Positions 19,501-28,457 of a DNA stretch of 64,000 nt are shown here, in pieces. Every line of letters starts with the position of its first letter. Positions within the stretch are counted from its first letter, which is position 1. The DNA comes from Candidatus Poribacteria bacterium. Its GTDB lineage: Bacteria > Poribacteria > WGA-4E > PCPOR2b. The notes below the pieces were generated by a model that had not been told where the DNA came from, ran no database searches, and was given only the letters and a program-made list of their open reading frames with translations. Position numbers and translations under genes: made by a program. Location: the NCBI GenBank assembly GCA_965215015.1, contig OZ244042.1, positions 3,168,001-3,232,000 of the forward strand, in the 5' to 3' direction.

Positions 19501-21020
19501 ACTATCGAAATCAAGTAGGGACAGAAACGGTGATTCGAGAGGGGCTGCTTTATACAGGCGATTTGGGATACTTTGATGAGGAGGGTTATCTGTATCTCAC
19601 TGGACGCAGCAAGAATGTAATTGTGTCTGGTGCCGGTAAGAACATCTATCCGGTCGAACTTGAAGCACTCTACCGACATAGCCCCTTGATCTCAGAGATT
19701 TGCGTTGTCGGGATGAGCACAGATAATCTGTTTGAGGCAGCGCACGCTGTCATCGTTCCAGTTCTCGACGATGATCGGGACAGGACTGAAATCGAGAGAG
19801 CCATCCATCAGCATATTCAGGAACGTGCCCAAGATTTGCCGACATATCAGCATATCCAAACAGTGCACTTTTGGGATACTGAATTGCCCAAGACATCGGA
19901 CGCGATAATAAATCGTCAACGTGTTAAAGAGGTATTGCAGGAACAACTCTCTCAACAAACACAGGTCTCTCCACAGCTCGCCCCCGTCAAGGTTACTCTG
20001 GATGCTGATGGAACCGCGGGGGCCTTGACTCCAACAATAGCAGCTGACATGCCTTTGGGGGTTGAGGCGGTTATTATTTCTGAACTCAGTCGTTTGGCAC
20101 AACTGCCGGCGGATCAGATTAGTTTGAACAGTAATTTAGGGACAGAACTCGGGCTGGATTCAATGGCACGGGTGGAATTGTTACTATTGCTAGAATCGAG
20201 GCTGCAACGCTCGATTCCCGATGAGTTGATAGCCAAAATCCAGACGGTTGGCGACGTGACAGAGACAGTCAAAACGTTGCAATCTGAGTCTACCTCCCCT
20301 CCCATTGATGAAGAAATATCCCCCCATATTGAACAGTCTGAATCCTCACATTTGTCTATGATACTTGCAGGGCTATTCCGATTCGGTGTGTGGGCGATCT
20401 ATCGGTGTTACTTCTCGATTAAGTGCAGTGGACTGGAAAACCTTCCGCGTGAACAACCGTATATCATCGCCGCTAATCATTCAAGCCACCTCGACACCCT
20501 CGCGGTCATGACCGTTTTGGGTAACGAATCCAAACGCCTGAGAGTTCTCGCTGCAAAAGACTACTGGTTTAGCACCCGCTTCAAATCATGGTTCTCCGGC
20601 GAATTGCTTAAATTCGTGCCGTTCGATCGGCACGCCAACTTCTTACAGGGGCTCCGAATTTCGCAGGAGGTGCTGAAACAGAACGATTGCTTGCTAATTT
20701 ACCCCGAAGGTACCCGCTCTGTCACAGGGGAGCTTCAACCGTTCAAGCCCGGTCTCGGCTTGTTGGCTTATGAGACCGGATCTCCGATTATTCCTGCTTA
20801 TATTGACGGCACTTACCGTGCGCTTCCTAAAGGCAAAAACCTACCGAGCAAGAGCCGTATTCGAGTGACTTTTGGCAAACCCATCATGCCTGGCAGACAT
20901 GAAATAGGGAAGACAGACGATACTTCAGGGCTGGAGCAGGAAATTTACAGAAAACTTGCCGACGCCGTCAGGTCTGAGATTGAAGCATTAAGAGCGGATT
21001 GCGTGAAACGTGAAACGTGA
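16557..21020 (+). CDS. ElbD-like multidomain lipid enzyme: fatty acyl reductase + AMP-binding domain + ACP + PlsC-type acyltransferase
   Basis: FAR: AGATGFLG, HVSTAYV, YTYMK, DIIPVD; AMP-binding: GYGMTE, YTGDLG, GRSKNVI; ACP: LGLDSMARVEL; acyltransferase: NHSSHLD, YPEGTRS. Confidence 0.88.
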   Translation: MQTIPEFFYGKVILIAGATGFLGQALVAKILTALPDVRRIYLLIRSQSGANGEKRTAIDRLENEVFTSSAFAKLRQIHGERFAGWIREKVCAVEGDLAYERLGLSDAAYEMLQREVQVFINSGGLVKFDPPIDASLQSNVLGSKYAVELARSCNDAVFLHVSTAYVRGVQPGKVPEELHPPYETYAEQYQAEKGEVIPGTLDAEIEDIQRLGEQVREEANQPERLDQFRREVLRNLGADTGEKLNKQIDIARGKWVEQRLTDEGLKRAHTRGWNDTYTYMKALGEQMIAKMRGDLPTAIIRQSIMESSLEDPEPGWLGGTLRMADPLIVGFGKGRLPDFPGDPNSILDIIPVDFVINAILAATVRTYYQQGIEVYHVASGARNPLTFGDIVDITHDYFVRQPLLANGKPIPVPVWKFPAEAKFQSDLRYKLRLLDTASRWLNRLPLRWAKRKERRIAVKKNAIKTLLHYVQIYGPYVRLSFEFEIGKTEELYDSLSPSDQQHFNFDISRIDWRRYLQEIHIPGIKRHFLKLGDDSGNQRISEPTPDRIDELSADTSEIPEMDKQAHNESGEQPIKLTRQDRDSKPLESQTMIDLVAQQAESIPDKIALQTKRGGEWVRYSYRQLYEVSRQVAFTLWKRGYRKSDRVILFAENQPEWGIAYLAAVQIGVIVVPIDPQTAEEEIFALAEYTEAKAILTSEACVARLHSTPIKPRAESTSPEFLNINRFCQPFGGEQPETSVPTDWGLPAVPDNFPDMDIHPDTVASIIFTMGTTVDARGAMISHRGFIANVVAVSQVLPPEDTDQFLSVLPLYHALGFSCNFLMSIYAGTTTTYTNSLRPTTILAIMRETKTTVLIGVPRLFQLLYDAIKRYVVQSPEAMEAPLAPEVVQEIQAALGGHIRVLVSGGAALPDEVYDRFMEFGLTIYQGYGMTEASPVLSVNPHHKSKRGAVGPAVEGVQLEITNPDEDGIGEIVASSPSLMQGYYRNQVGTETVIREGLLYTGDLGYFDEEGYLYLTGRSKNVIVSGAGKNIYPVELEALYRHSPLISEICVVGMSTDNLFEAAHAVIVPVLDDDRDRTEIERAIHQHIQERAQDLPTYQHIQTVHFWDTELPKTSDAIINRQRVKEVLQEQLSQQTQVSPQLAPVKVTLDADGTAGALTPTIAADMPLGVEAVIISELSRLAQLPADQISLNSNLGTELGLDSMARVELLLLLESRLQRSIPDELIAKIQTVGDVTETVKTLQSESTSPPIDEEISPHIEQSESSHLSMILAGLFRFGVWAIYRCYFSIKCSGLENLPREQPYIIAANHSSHLDTLAVMTVLGNESKRLRVLAAKDYWFSTRFKSWFSGELLKFVPFDRHANFLQGLRISQEVLKQNDCLLIYPEGTRSVTGELQPFKPGLGLLAYETGSPIIPAYIDGTYRALPKGKNLPSKSRIRVTFGKPIMPGRHEIGKTDDTSGLEQEIYRKLADAVRSEIEALRADCVKRET

Positions 21021-21029
21021 GAAAGCCCA

Positions 21030-21094
21030 TCACAGAGACGCGGAGTCGCAGAGATTTTTTAATGGGCTCTCTGTGCGCTCTGCGTCTCTACGGT
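21030..21094. repeat. Imperfect intergenic hairpin (cacagagacgcggag...ctctgcgtctctacgg)
   Basis: Inverted repeat directly after the stop codon of the 1487-aa gene. Confidence 0.6.
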
Positions 21095-21120
21095 AAAACA
21101 GAACGAGCAGGCGAGCAGAA

Positions 21121-21813
21121 TTGAACACAGTGAAAAGAAAAAAAACAGCAGCCTTCTTCGATGTTGATGGCACCATCGTGAGCACGACTATTGTCCACTA
21201 TTACGTCCAATTTCGTTCCCACCTGCTTCCTACCTTTCTACGTCCCTTCTGGCTTGCTTGGTTTGCGTTGAAAGTTGTCTACTACTTTTTTCTAGATAAA
21301 GTGAGTCGCACAAGATTCAACCAAGTTTTCTATCGTAACTATCGAGGGTTGGAAGCGGGGCGCGTCAAACAGCTTGCTGGTGAACAGTTCGAGATTTATG
21401 TGCGTTCAAAGTTATTCCCCGCTGCTTTAGACCGTATTCGTGAACACCAAGGACGGGGCGATCTGATTGTGCTTGTGACTGGCTCTCTCGATTTTATTAT
21501 CCACCCTCTCGCTGATTACCTACAAGCGGACGCTGCGTTGACTGTGCAACTTGAGGAGGCACACGGAAAATTTACGGGGGAATTGACAACACCGCCGCTG
21601 AGCGAAACGGAAAAGGTTCACGCGATCCAAACTGTCGTCGAACAGCATAACGTTGATCTCGCTGCCAGCTATGCCTATGGCGATAGCCGAGCGGATTTGC
21701 CTATGCTACAATGTGTTGGTAACCCCGTTGTCGTCAATCCAAGCAAAGGGTTGCGGCAGGTTGCAATAGAATCGGGGTGGGAAATTAGTGAGTGGACTAT
21801 TGGCGGCAAATAG
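21121..21813 (+). CDS. HAD-IB (SerB-like) phosphatase
   Basis: FFDVDGT, LVTGS, YGDSRADLPML. Confidence 0.88.
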   Translation: MNTVKRKKTAAFFDVDGTIVSTTIVHYYVQFRSHLLPTFLRPFWLAWFALKVVYYFFLDKVSRTRFNQVFYRNYRGLEAGRVKQLAGEQFEIYVRSKLFPAALDRIREHQGRGDLIVLVTGSLDFIIHPLADYLQADAALTVQLEEAHGKFTGELTTPPLSETEKVHAIQTVVEQHNVDLAASYAYGDSRADLPMLQCVGNPVVVNPSKGLRQVAIESGWEISEWTIGGK

Positions 21814-21919
21814 GAGTAGATGATAAGAGGAAAACGAGAGCACAGAAGAAAAAGAAGGCGTGCAAAGATAAAAGCGTGTAATCGTCTCTTATCTTTTCTC
21901 ACTTTCTCAGGAGAAAATT

Positions 21920-22129
21920 ATGAAGGTCAATCGCTATTTTGAATCACACCACGAACCGAATGATACTATGTTTGTCGAAATCGACAACCGATACCGGTTT
22001 ACCGGGCGCGGCACTGATTGGGGAAAATTCCGTGCCCACCTGATCACGGTTATCAAGGATACCATCTCCGATGAAGTTGCTGAGGAATTTGAGCAAAACA
22101 CGGAAAATTGGGTATCCGCTAGTGGCTAA
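21920..22129 (+). CDS. Small hypothetical protein (69 aa)
   Basis: AGGAG RBS, ATG, protein-like composition, operon position. Confidence 0.65.
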   Translation: MKVNRYFESHHEPNDTMFVEIDNRYRFTGRGTDWGKFRAHLITVIKDTISDEVAEEFEQNTENWVSASG

Positions 22130-22147
22130 GATCTGAGGGGGCCCCCA

Positions 22148-23179
22148 GTGGACCAGATTTTCATATTCGACAGAGCGAAGATTGGGACGGAGTTGAATCG
22201 GTTTGTTGATTATGCTCAAACATTGACAGGGCCGAAGGAGCTTTCAACAGCGATCCAAGCGTGGGATACCATTGCGTCTGTCGCGGTTGCGCCGGTGCTT
22301 CTCGCGCAGACAAATTTGTCACTGGGGCGGATCTATAGGGAGTGGGATGAACTGTTTACTGCCCAAAGGTTCCTTACGAAGGCACACGAAGTAGATCCTG
22401 CCGATCCAGCAATCAGGTCCGAATTAGAGTCTCTCAATCACCATATCGCTGACAATCAAACGTCGGTTTTTGATGAAAGGGCGCGAAAAAACAGCGATTC
22501 AATCGTCTCACTTTTCCGAATTGCAACGGGGCTCAAGCTGCTTCAGATGGACAAGCCGGTACAAGCGTATCCTCTGATGAAGAGCCGTACCAAAATTTAC
22601 CCGAATGCGGCGGTAGCCAAGCACCTCCTTACAGGCATTATTATTACAGAAGATGAAAAAAATTCGGCGATCGAGTTTTTGGAAGCGGGGGAATGGTTGA
22701 CGAATACGCAGCACGAAGTGTACGCAATCACCGATCTCGGATTATATGCGTTTTATACGGAGTTGGCGAAACTGCATGTCGCCAATGAGGCGTATGACGA
22801 AGCAGCTGTATGTTATAAACAGGCGTATTGGCTCGATGATTCGTCAACGGATCTGTTGTATCACAAGCTGATTTGTGCCGCGAAGGCTCAGACGTGGCAG
22901 ATTGGGCTCGCACTTCTCGATTGGCTGCCCGATGAACTGCCGAACGGGATTGAGCCGGTAGAATACAATAGTGCCGCTGCGACAATCTGTGGGCTTGCCT
23001 ATCAAGCGACACAGGATACGGCGATTGGACAACGCGCCGTTGCAATATGCGAAACTGTCTTAGAGGCCGACAGAAGGAATAAGGAGATATCGAACCTGCT
23101 CAAATCCCTACGCTCCGAAAAATCCCTCCAACCCCACTTACCGGAAGCCAAGTTTAAAAGAAGATGGTGGCAACGGTAA
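22148..23179 (+). CDS. TPR-repeat hypothetical protein
   Basis: 343-aa ORF with TPR-like helices (LGRIYREW...KAHEVDP; YDEAAVCYKQAYWLD). Confidence 0.65.
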   Translation: MDQIFIFDRAKIGTELNRFVDYAQTLTGPKELSTAIQAWDTIASVAVAPVLLAQTNLSLGRIYREWDELFTAQRFLTKAHEVDPADPAIRSELESLNHHIADNQTSVFDERARKNSDSIVSLFRIATGLKLLQMDKPVQAYPLMKSRTKIYPNAAVAKHLLTGIIITEDEKNSAIEFLEAGEWLTNTQHEVYAITDLGLYAFYTELAKLHVANEAYDEAAVCYKQAYWLDDSSTDLLYHKLICAAKAQTWQIGLALLDWLPDELPNGIEPVEYNSAAATICGLAYQATQDTAIGQRAVAICETVLEADRRNKEISNLLKSLRSEKSLQPHLPEAKFKRRWWQR

Positions 23180-23194
23180 ACGCTGCAGCCCCAT

Positions 23195-25591
23195 TCAACT
23201 ACGCAATGTTGCCCCTAACTCCCGTTCTAACCGTTCTAAAACCCTCCCGTGAACCCGATCGACAGTTTCATCCGTGAGCGTTTCCGCTGTCGAACGATAT
23301 TCAATTGCAAATGCCAAACTTTTCTTTCCTTCGGGGACCTGTTCGCCTGTGTAGACATCGAACAGGTGCAACGAAGAGACTAACTCGCCGCCGGCAGATT
23401 TAATGATTTGGGTCGGGCGGCTGGCCGGTGTATCCGCATCTAGCACAATGGCAAGATCCCGATTGACACTGGGGTAAATTGGGATGGTCTCGAATTGTCT
23501 CATTGGTTCTACCCCGTTGAGCAATCCTTCACAATCGAGTTCAAACAGATACGCCTTGTGAGGTAGGTCATAATTTTCCAGTACCTCCGGATGGGCTTCA
23601 CCGAAGACGCATAGCGTTTTATCTTCAACGCAAATTTCCGCCCGGCGTCCGGGATGGAAAGCTGGGTGGTCGGTGTGGACGATGGTGTAGTCTGAGATGC
23701 CGCATCGGTCTAGCAGGCCTTCGATAACTCCTTTGATGTCGAAGAAATCTGCTGGACGGAGCGGATCGCCGTATACACCTCCACCGAGATTACCCGCTAT
23801 GATGCCCGCGACACGCTCAGGTTCATTTGGATATTCCCCCATTTCGTTTGAAATAAAGACCTTGCTGTACTCAAAGAATTGCACATCGTTAATCTGATGG
23901 TTCCGGTTGCGTTGTGCATTTGCCAGTAAGCTAGGAAGCAGGGTTGTTCGCATGATCGACTGATCCTTGCTCAATGGATTAGCAATTTGAACCGCTTGGC
24001 GGAGTGGATCGGTTGACGCGAGACGGATGCGATCAAAAACGTCCGGTTGATAGAATGCGTAATTCATCGCTTCCATCATGCCACATTGTAGGAGATACGT
24101 TTTTACACGCTCACGCAGATTTTCCTTCGGGTCGACCTTTGGAATCGGGATGTCGCCCCTCGGCAGCGTGGTTGGGATGTTGTCGAAGCCGTAAACACGC
24201 GCAATCTCTTCGACCAAATCGATTTCCTGTCTTACATCAGAGCGGAAGGTGGGGATTGTAACCTCAAACGTATCAGACACGATAAAACCAAGGCGAGTCA
24301 GGATGTCGCGCATCTGATCTGCTGCAATTTCGGTTCCCAAAACAAAGTTGGCACGCTCTGGACGGAGTTTGATATTGATAGCTTCTCGCTTACCCGGATA
24401 GACATCAATAATTCCCGCGCAGATCTCTCCTCCGGCAATTTCCGCGATGAGTTGTGCTGCACGGTTGATAGCTGGAATAACGCCTTCGGGGTCTGCGCCA
24501 CGTTCAAATCGGTGAGAGGCTTCGCTGTGCATTCCCAAAGCCTTTGACGTTTTCCGAATGCTTGGCGGATAGAAGTATGCACTTTCAAGCAGCACATCAA
24601 CCGTCTGATCGGTAATCTCCGAATCGAATCCACCCATCACACCAGCCAAGGCAACCGGGGTCTCTGCATCGGCAATGACAAGCATATCGGGCGTCAACTC
24701 TCGTTCCTCTGCATCAATCGTCTTCAGCGTCTCACCCGGCTCAGCACGGCGGACAACAATCCTATTCTCAGCCAGTCGATGATAATCAAAAGCGTGTAAG
24801 GGGTGTCCGTATTCCATCAGGACGTAATTGGTAATATCAACGATGTTGTTAATCGTTCCGATGCTGAGGGCTTCAAGCCGACGCTGTAGCCAAGCGGGAG
24901 AAGGCGCGATTTTGACCCCTCGAATAACTCGCGCTGCGTAACGTGGACAGAGGTCTGGTGCCTCAATCGTTACGCTGGTGAGATTTTGGATATCTGTCGT
25001 TCCTTGTTCGACATTTACTTCGGGCAGCTTGAGTGGATTTCCCGTGGTTACGCTAATTTCCCTCGCAACCCCGATTATGCTGAGGCAGTCTGGGCGATTG
25101 GGCGTGATCTCAAGTTCTAGCACGACATCGTCCAACCCGAGAGCTTCGACAAGCGGGCCACCGATTTGTGTGTCGTTGGGGAGTTCCATCAAGCCTGATG
25201 CCTCATCTGAAATCGCCAATTCTAGCTCCGAGCAGAGCATCCCCTGCGATTCCTCACCCCGGATTTTTGCCCGCTTGATTGTCAACCCGTTGGGTAGTTG
25301 TGCACCGATGAGTGCAACAGGTGCAACTAACCCTTCGTGTGCATTTGGGGCACCGCAGACGATTTGTGCGTCAGTGTCTGACCCGATATCAACACTGCAT
25401 AGCACCAATTTGTCTGCCTTCGGGTGATTTTCCACGGTGTTGATTCTGCCAACGACTACCCGATCCAGTCCCTCTCCAAGCTGTTTAACTGATTCGATTT
25501 CCATACCGAGCATAAGCAGACGCTCTGCTAGAGCTTCGGGGGACAGATCGAAATCAACATATTCTTTTAACCAGTTGATGCTTACGTTCAT
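23195..25591 (-). CDS. pheT: Phenylalanine--tRNA ligase beta subunit
   Basis: HPKADKL, IVCGAPN, TPNRPD, RFERG, C-terminal FDX-ACB domain (LFDVYTGEQVPEGKKSLA). Confidence 0.98.
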   Translation of the reverse strand: MNVSINWLKEYVDFDLSPEALAERLLMLGMEIESVKQLGEGLDRVVVGRINTVENHPKADKLVLCSVDIGSDTDAQIVCGAPNAHEGLVAPVALIGAQLPNGLTIKRAKIRGEESQGMLCSELELAISDEASGLMELPNDTQIGGPLVEALGLDDVVLELEITPNRPDCLSIIGVAREISVTTGNPLKLPEVNVEQGTTDIQNLTSVTIEAPDLCPRYAARVIRGVKIAPSPAWLQRRLEALSIGTINNIVDITNYVLMEYGHPLHAFDYHRLAENRIVVRRAEPGETLKTIDAEERELTPDMLVIADAETPVALAGVMGGFDSEITDQTVDVLLESAYFYPPSIRKTSKALGMHSEASHRFERGADPEGVIPAINRAAQLIAEIAGGEICAGIIDVYPGKREAINIKLRPERANFVLGTEIAADQMRDILTRLGFIVSDTFEVTIPTFRSDVRQEIDLVEEIARVYGFDNIPTTLPRGDIPIPKVDPKENLRERVKTYLLQCGMMEAMNYAFYQPDVFDRIRLASTDPLRQAVQIANPLSKDQSIMRTTLLPSLLANAQRNRNHQINDVQFFEYSKVFISNEMGEYPNEPERVAGIIAGNLGGGVYGDPLRPADFFDIKGVIEGLLDRCGISDYTIVHTDHPAFHPGRRAEICVEDKTLCVFGEAHPEVLENYDLPHKAYLFELDCEGLLNGVEPMRQFETIPIYPSVNRDLAIVLDADTPASRPTQIIKSAGGELVSSLHLFDVYTGEQVPEGKKSLAFAIEYRSTAETLTDETVDRVHGRVLERLERELGATLRS

Positions 25592-25614
25592 AATTCATTC
25601 TCCTCATATTGGTC

Positions 25615-26631
25615 CTAAAACTGCTGGGCGAACCGCATGTCATTGTCAAACATCAACCGTAGATCTGGGATGCCGTATTTCAGCGTTGCAATTCGATCGA
25701 CTCCCATGCCAAATGCAAAGCCGGTAAACTGCTCCGAATCGTAATTGACATAACGGAAAACGTTTGGATGTACTGAGCCTGCCCCCAAGATTTCAAGCCA
25801 ACCTGTGCCTGAGCAGAGGCGACATCCTCCGCCATGACAAATTGTACAGGAGATATCAACCTCCGCACTTGGCTCTGTGAATGGGAAGAAATGGGGACGG
25901 AAGCGCGTCCGTGTTCCCTCCCCAAACATCTGTTGGACGAAAGCGTATAATACACCTTTCAACTCACTGAAAGTGACCCGCTCGGCAACTAGCAAACCTT
26001 CGACCTGATGAAACATCGGTGTGTGGGAGGGGTCGGAGTCGCAGCGATACGCGCGCCCCGGGACGATAATTCGTATGGGAGGCTTCTGTTTTTCCATGTA
26101 ACGGACTTGAACCGGCGAGGTATGTGTCCGCAACAGTAAGCTATCAGTGATATAAAAGGTATCGTGTGCATCTCGGGCGGGGTGTTCTGCGGGTGTGTTC
26201 AACGCATCAAAATTGTAATATTCATGCTCAACCTCGGGGCCTTCAGCAATCTGGAATCCCATACCCCGGAAGATTTCTTGAATACGATCAAAGGTTTGTG
26301 TCACCGGATGCTTTTTCCCCAGCTGCGGCAGGCGACCGGGCAGCGTAATGTCCACAGCCTCCGCTGCAAGTTGTTGTTCTCGTGCTTGTTGGTTCAGCCT
26401 TTCCTCAACTTGGTCAAAAGCCCCCGTAAGGGTGGTTCGGACTTCGTTTGCAAGTTTACCAACATCTGGGCGCTCTGCTTTGGAAAGTTTACCCATCCCT
26501 CGCATCACCGCGGAGAGCAAACCTTTGCGTCCGAAGTACTTAATCCGTAGAGATTCGAGCTCATGCAAGTCGCCCACTATTTTGAGTTCTGTCAACGCAT
26601 CGGTTTCGATTTGCTTCAATTCTTGCTGCAT
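25615..26631 (-). CDS. pheS: Phenylalanine--tRNA ligase alpha subunit
   Basis: HPARDAHDTF, LRTHTSPVQ, FHQVEG, FPFTEPS, GFAFGMG. Confidence 0.98.
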   Translation of the reverse strand: MQQELKQIETDALTELKIVGDLHELESLRIKYFGRKGLLSAVMRGMGKLSKAERPDVGKLANEVRTTLTGAFDQVEERLNQQAREQQLAAEAVDITLPGRLPQLGKKHPVTQTFDRIQEIFRGMGFQIAEGPEVEHEYYNFDALNTPAEHPARDAHDTFYITDSLLLRTHTSPVQVRYMEKQKPPIRIIVPGRAYRCDSDPSHTPMFHQVEGLLVAERVTFSELKGVLYAFVQQMFGEGTRTRFRPHFFPFTEPSAEVDISCTICHGGGCRLCSGTGWLEILGAGSVHPNVFRYVNYDSEQFTGFAFGMGVDRIATLKYGIPDLRLMFDNDMRFAQQF

Positions 26632-26652
26632 GTTTATCTCCTGTAAAATTAG

Positions 26653-26700
26653 AAAAAAAAACGCCTATCATCTCGTCCGAGGGACGAAAGTGACAGGCGT
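26653..26700 (-). terminator. T-box terminator hairpin
   Basis: ACGCCTGTCACTTTCGTCC-CTC-GGACGAGATGATAGGCGT followed by a T8 run on the minus strand. Confidence 0.85.
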
Positions 26701-26940
26701 CAAAACCTTCCGCGGTACCACCCTTATTGGCAAATAATATGATATTTGCCCACTTCATTAATCGTTTCAATAACGGCGAAACTTCCGGCACGAGTCTAAT
26801 TGCCAAAATCGGCGTTCAACTCAGCGGCTCCAGGATGAAATTCGGCGACTCGTTCCAAAGATGCGCTTTCAGCCGGTGACGCCCCTTCTCTGATTGGAAG
26901 CACCGAACCGCTTACTTTGTCCTTTCACAGCCTTTACGCA
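26653..26940 (-). ncRNA. T-box riboswitch leader (Phe, UUC specifier) with intrinsic terminator
   Basis: Minus strand: AGTA..AGAGA..GCTGA stem-I motifs, GAAT-TTC-ATCC specifier loop (UUC at 26839-26837), T-box AATAAGGGTGGTACCGCG (26728-26711). Confidence 0.9.
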
Positions 26941-26952
26941 AATTCAATTTTA

Positions 26953-27300
26953 TTAGCCTTTCGCAAGCTCCACAATACGGGCAAATCCCGCCTCATCATG
27001 AACAGCGAGGTCAGCGAGGACCTTGCGATTGAGATCGATGCCCGCTTTTTTTAATCCGTGCATAAAGCGACTGTAAGATAAGCCGTGCATCCGTGCGGCG
27101 GCATTGATACGGGCAATCCACAATTGCCTGAATTCCCGTTTCCGCGCTCGACGGTGAGCATAGGCATAATTCCAACCTTTTTCGACAGCCTCCATCGCGG
27201 ACCGCTTCAGATTATTACGACCACCCCGATAGCCCTTTGAGTGCTTCATAATCCTTTTGCGGCGTTGGCGACGGACACTACCTGTTTTTACTTTTGACAT
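26953..27300 (-). CDS. rplT: 50S ribosomal protein L20
   Basis: [27 protein letters not shown]. Confidence 0.98.
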   Translation of the reverse strand: MSKVKTGSVRRQRRKRIMKHSKGYRGGRNNLKRSAMEAVEKGWNYAYAHRRARKREFRQLWIARINAAARMHGLSYSRFMHGLKKAGIDLNRKVLADLAVHDEAGFARIVELAKG

Positions 27301-27333
27301 TATAATCTCCTAAAAAACGATGTTGACAACCAC

Positions 27334-27528
27334 CTAGTTGGGAAGCAAGCGACGCAGCCGCTTCTCGTTTGTTTCATCCACAAGGGCACTTCTCCTGAGA
27401 TTTCGCTTCTGTTTCGGTGTTTTTGATATAAATAGGTGATTGGAATAAGCCTTGCGTCTGCGAATTTTTCCGTTTCCTGTGAGTTTGAAACGCTTGGCTG
27501 AACCTTTATGTGTTTTTATTTTTGGCAT
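27334..27528 (-). CDS. rpmI: 50S ribosomal protein L35
   Basis: MPKIKTHKGSAKRFKLTG. Confidence 0.98.
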   Translation of the reverse strand: MPKIKTHKGSAKRFKLTGNGKIRRRKAYSNHLFISKTPKQKRNLRRSALVDETNEKRLRRLLPN

Positions 27529-27543
27529 CTGACTGCTGCTCCT

Positions 27544-28107
27544 CTACTTATCTGACTTTGGTGTCAAGACCATGAACATAGAACGGCTCTCCATCCGTGG
27601 AGGCAACTCTATCTCGCCGACATCCGCGACCTCTGCTGCAAACCGTTGCAGCATTTCCGTCCCCAGATCGGTGTGCAACATCTCACGCCCACTGAATCTA
27701 ACCGTTGCTTTGACTTTCCAGCCGTTCGATAAAAATTCGCGGGCATGACGCAGCCTGAATTGAAAGTCGTGATCTGCGGTTCTTACAGATTTGAATTTTA
27801 TCTCTTTTAGAACAACCTTGGCTTGTTTCTTCTTTGCTTCTTTCGCCCGTTTGCTCTTTTCATATTGGAATTTACCGTAGTCCATAATTTTGCAAACCGG
27901 CGGATCTGCGTTTGGAGAAACTTCCACCAAATCAAGTCCTTCTGCCTGCGCTCGGTCTAGTGCTTCATAAACGGGCATGGCACCAAGTTTTTCGTTGTCG
28001 GAAGTAATCAACAGCACCTGTCTTGCCCGAATCTGTCGATTCACCCTGTTTTGTTGCTGTTGCGTTTTCTGCTGGTAACGGCGACCTCTGCTTTGAATCT
28101 TTGACAC
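27544..28107 (-). CDS. infC: Translation initiation factor IF-3 (true start possibly ATT at 28098)
   Basis: LDLVEVSPNADPPVCKIMDYGKFQYE, KEIKF, RFSGRE. Confidence 0.97.
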   Translation of the reverse strand: MSKIQSRGRRYQQKTQQQQNRVNRQIRARQVLLITSDNEKLGAMPVYEALDRAQAEGLDLVEVSPNADPPVCKIMDYGKFQYEKSKRAKEAKKKQAKVVLKEIKFKSVRTADHDFQFRLRHAREFLSNGWKVKATVRFSGREMLHTDLGTEMLQRFAAEVADVGEIELPPRMESRSMFMVLTPKSDK

Positions 28108-28457
28108 CCCTTCTCAATCTGTTGTGCATATTGTGGAGATTAATTTCCTACAATATACAGTGGAATCCATTTTCTAACTGTAACTTCGATAAAATAACTT
28201 AGAAGGTGAAGTGTTGTTATTGAATATGATACATTATCAAGTTATTTTAGCATATCTGAATCTGTAAATGCAAGTGAAAATCCCCTGGCATGGGTGTATT
28301 TGACCAATAGTGTTAGTTTGCAACTGTTGATGCGCTCGCCGGTCAAGGACTGAGAGTGAAACGTGAAAACAATTTATTCATTGGTACATGAATGAACAAA
28401 TAAACTCTTGAACGATGTAGAAACGGCCGCCTTACCAATTCGCACCAAAAGTTATTG

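Noticed and set aside
28110-28300. L20 leader RNA upstream of infC
   Set aside because: I could not recognise the conserved structure by eye; an Infernal search would be needed
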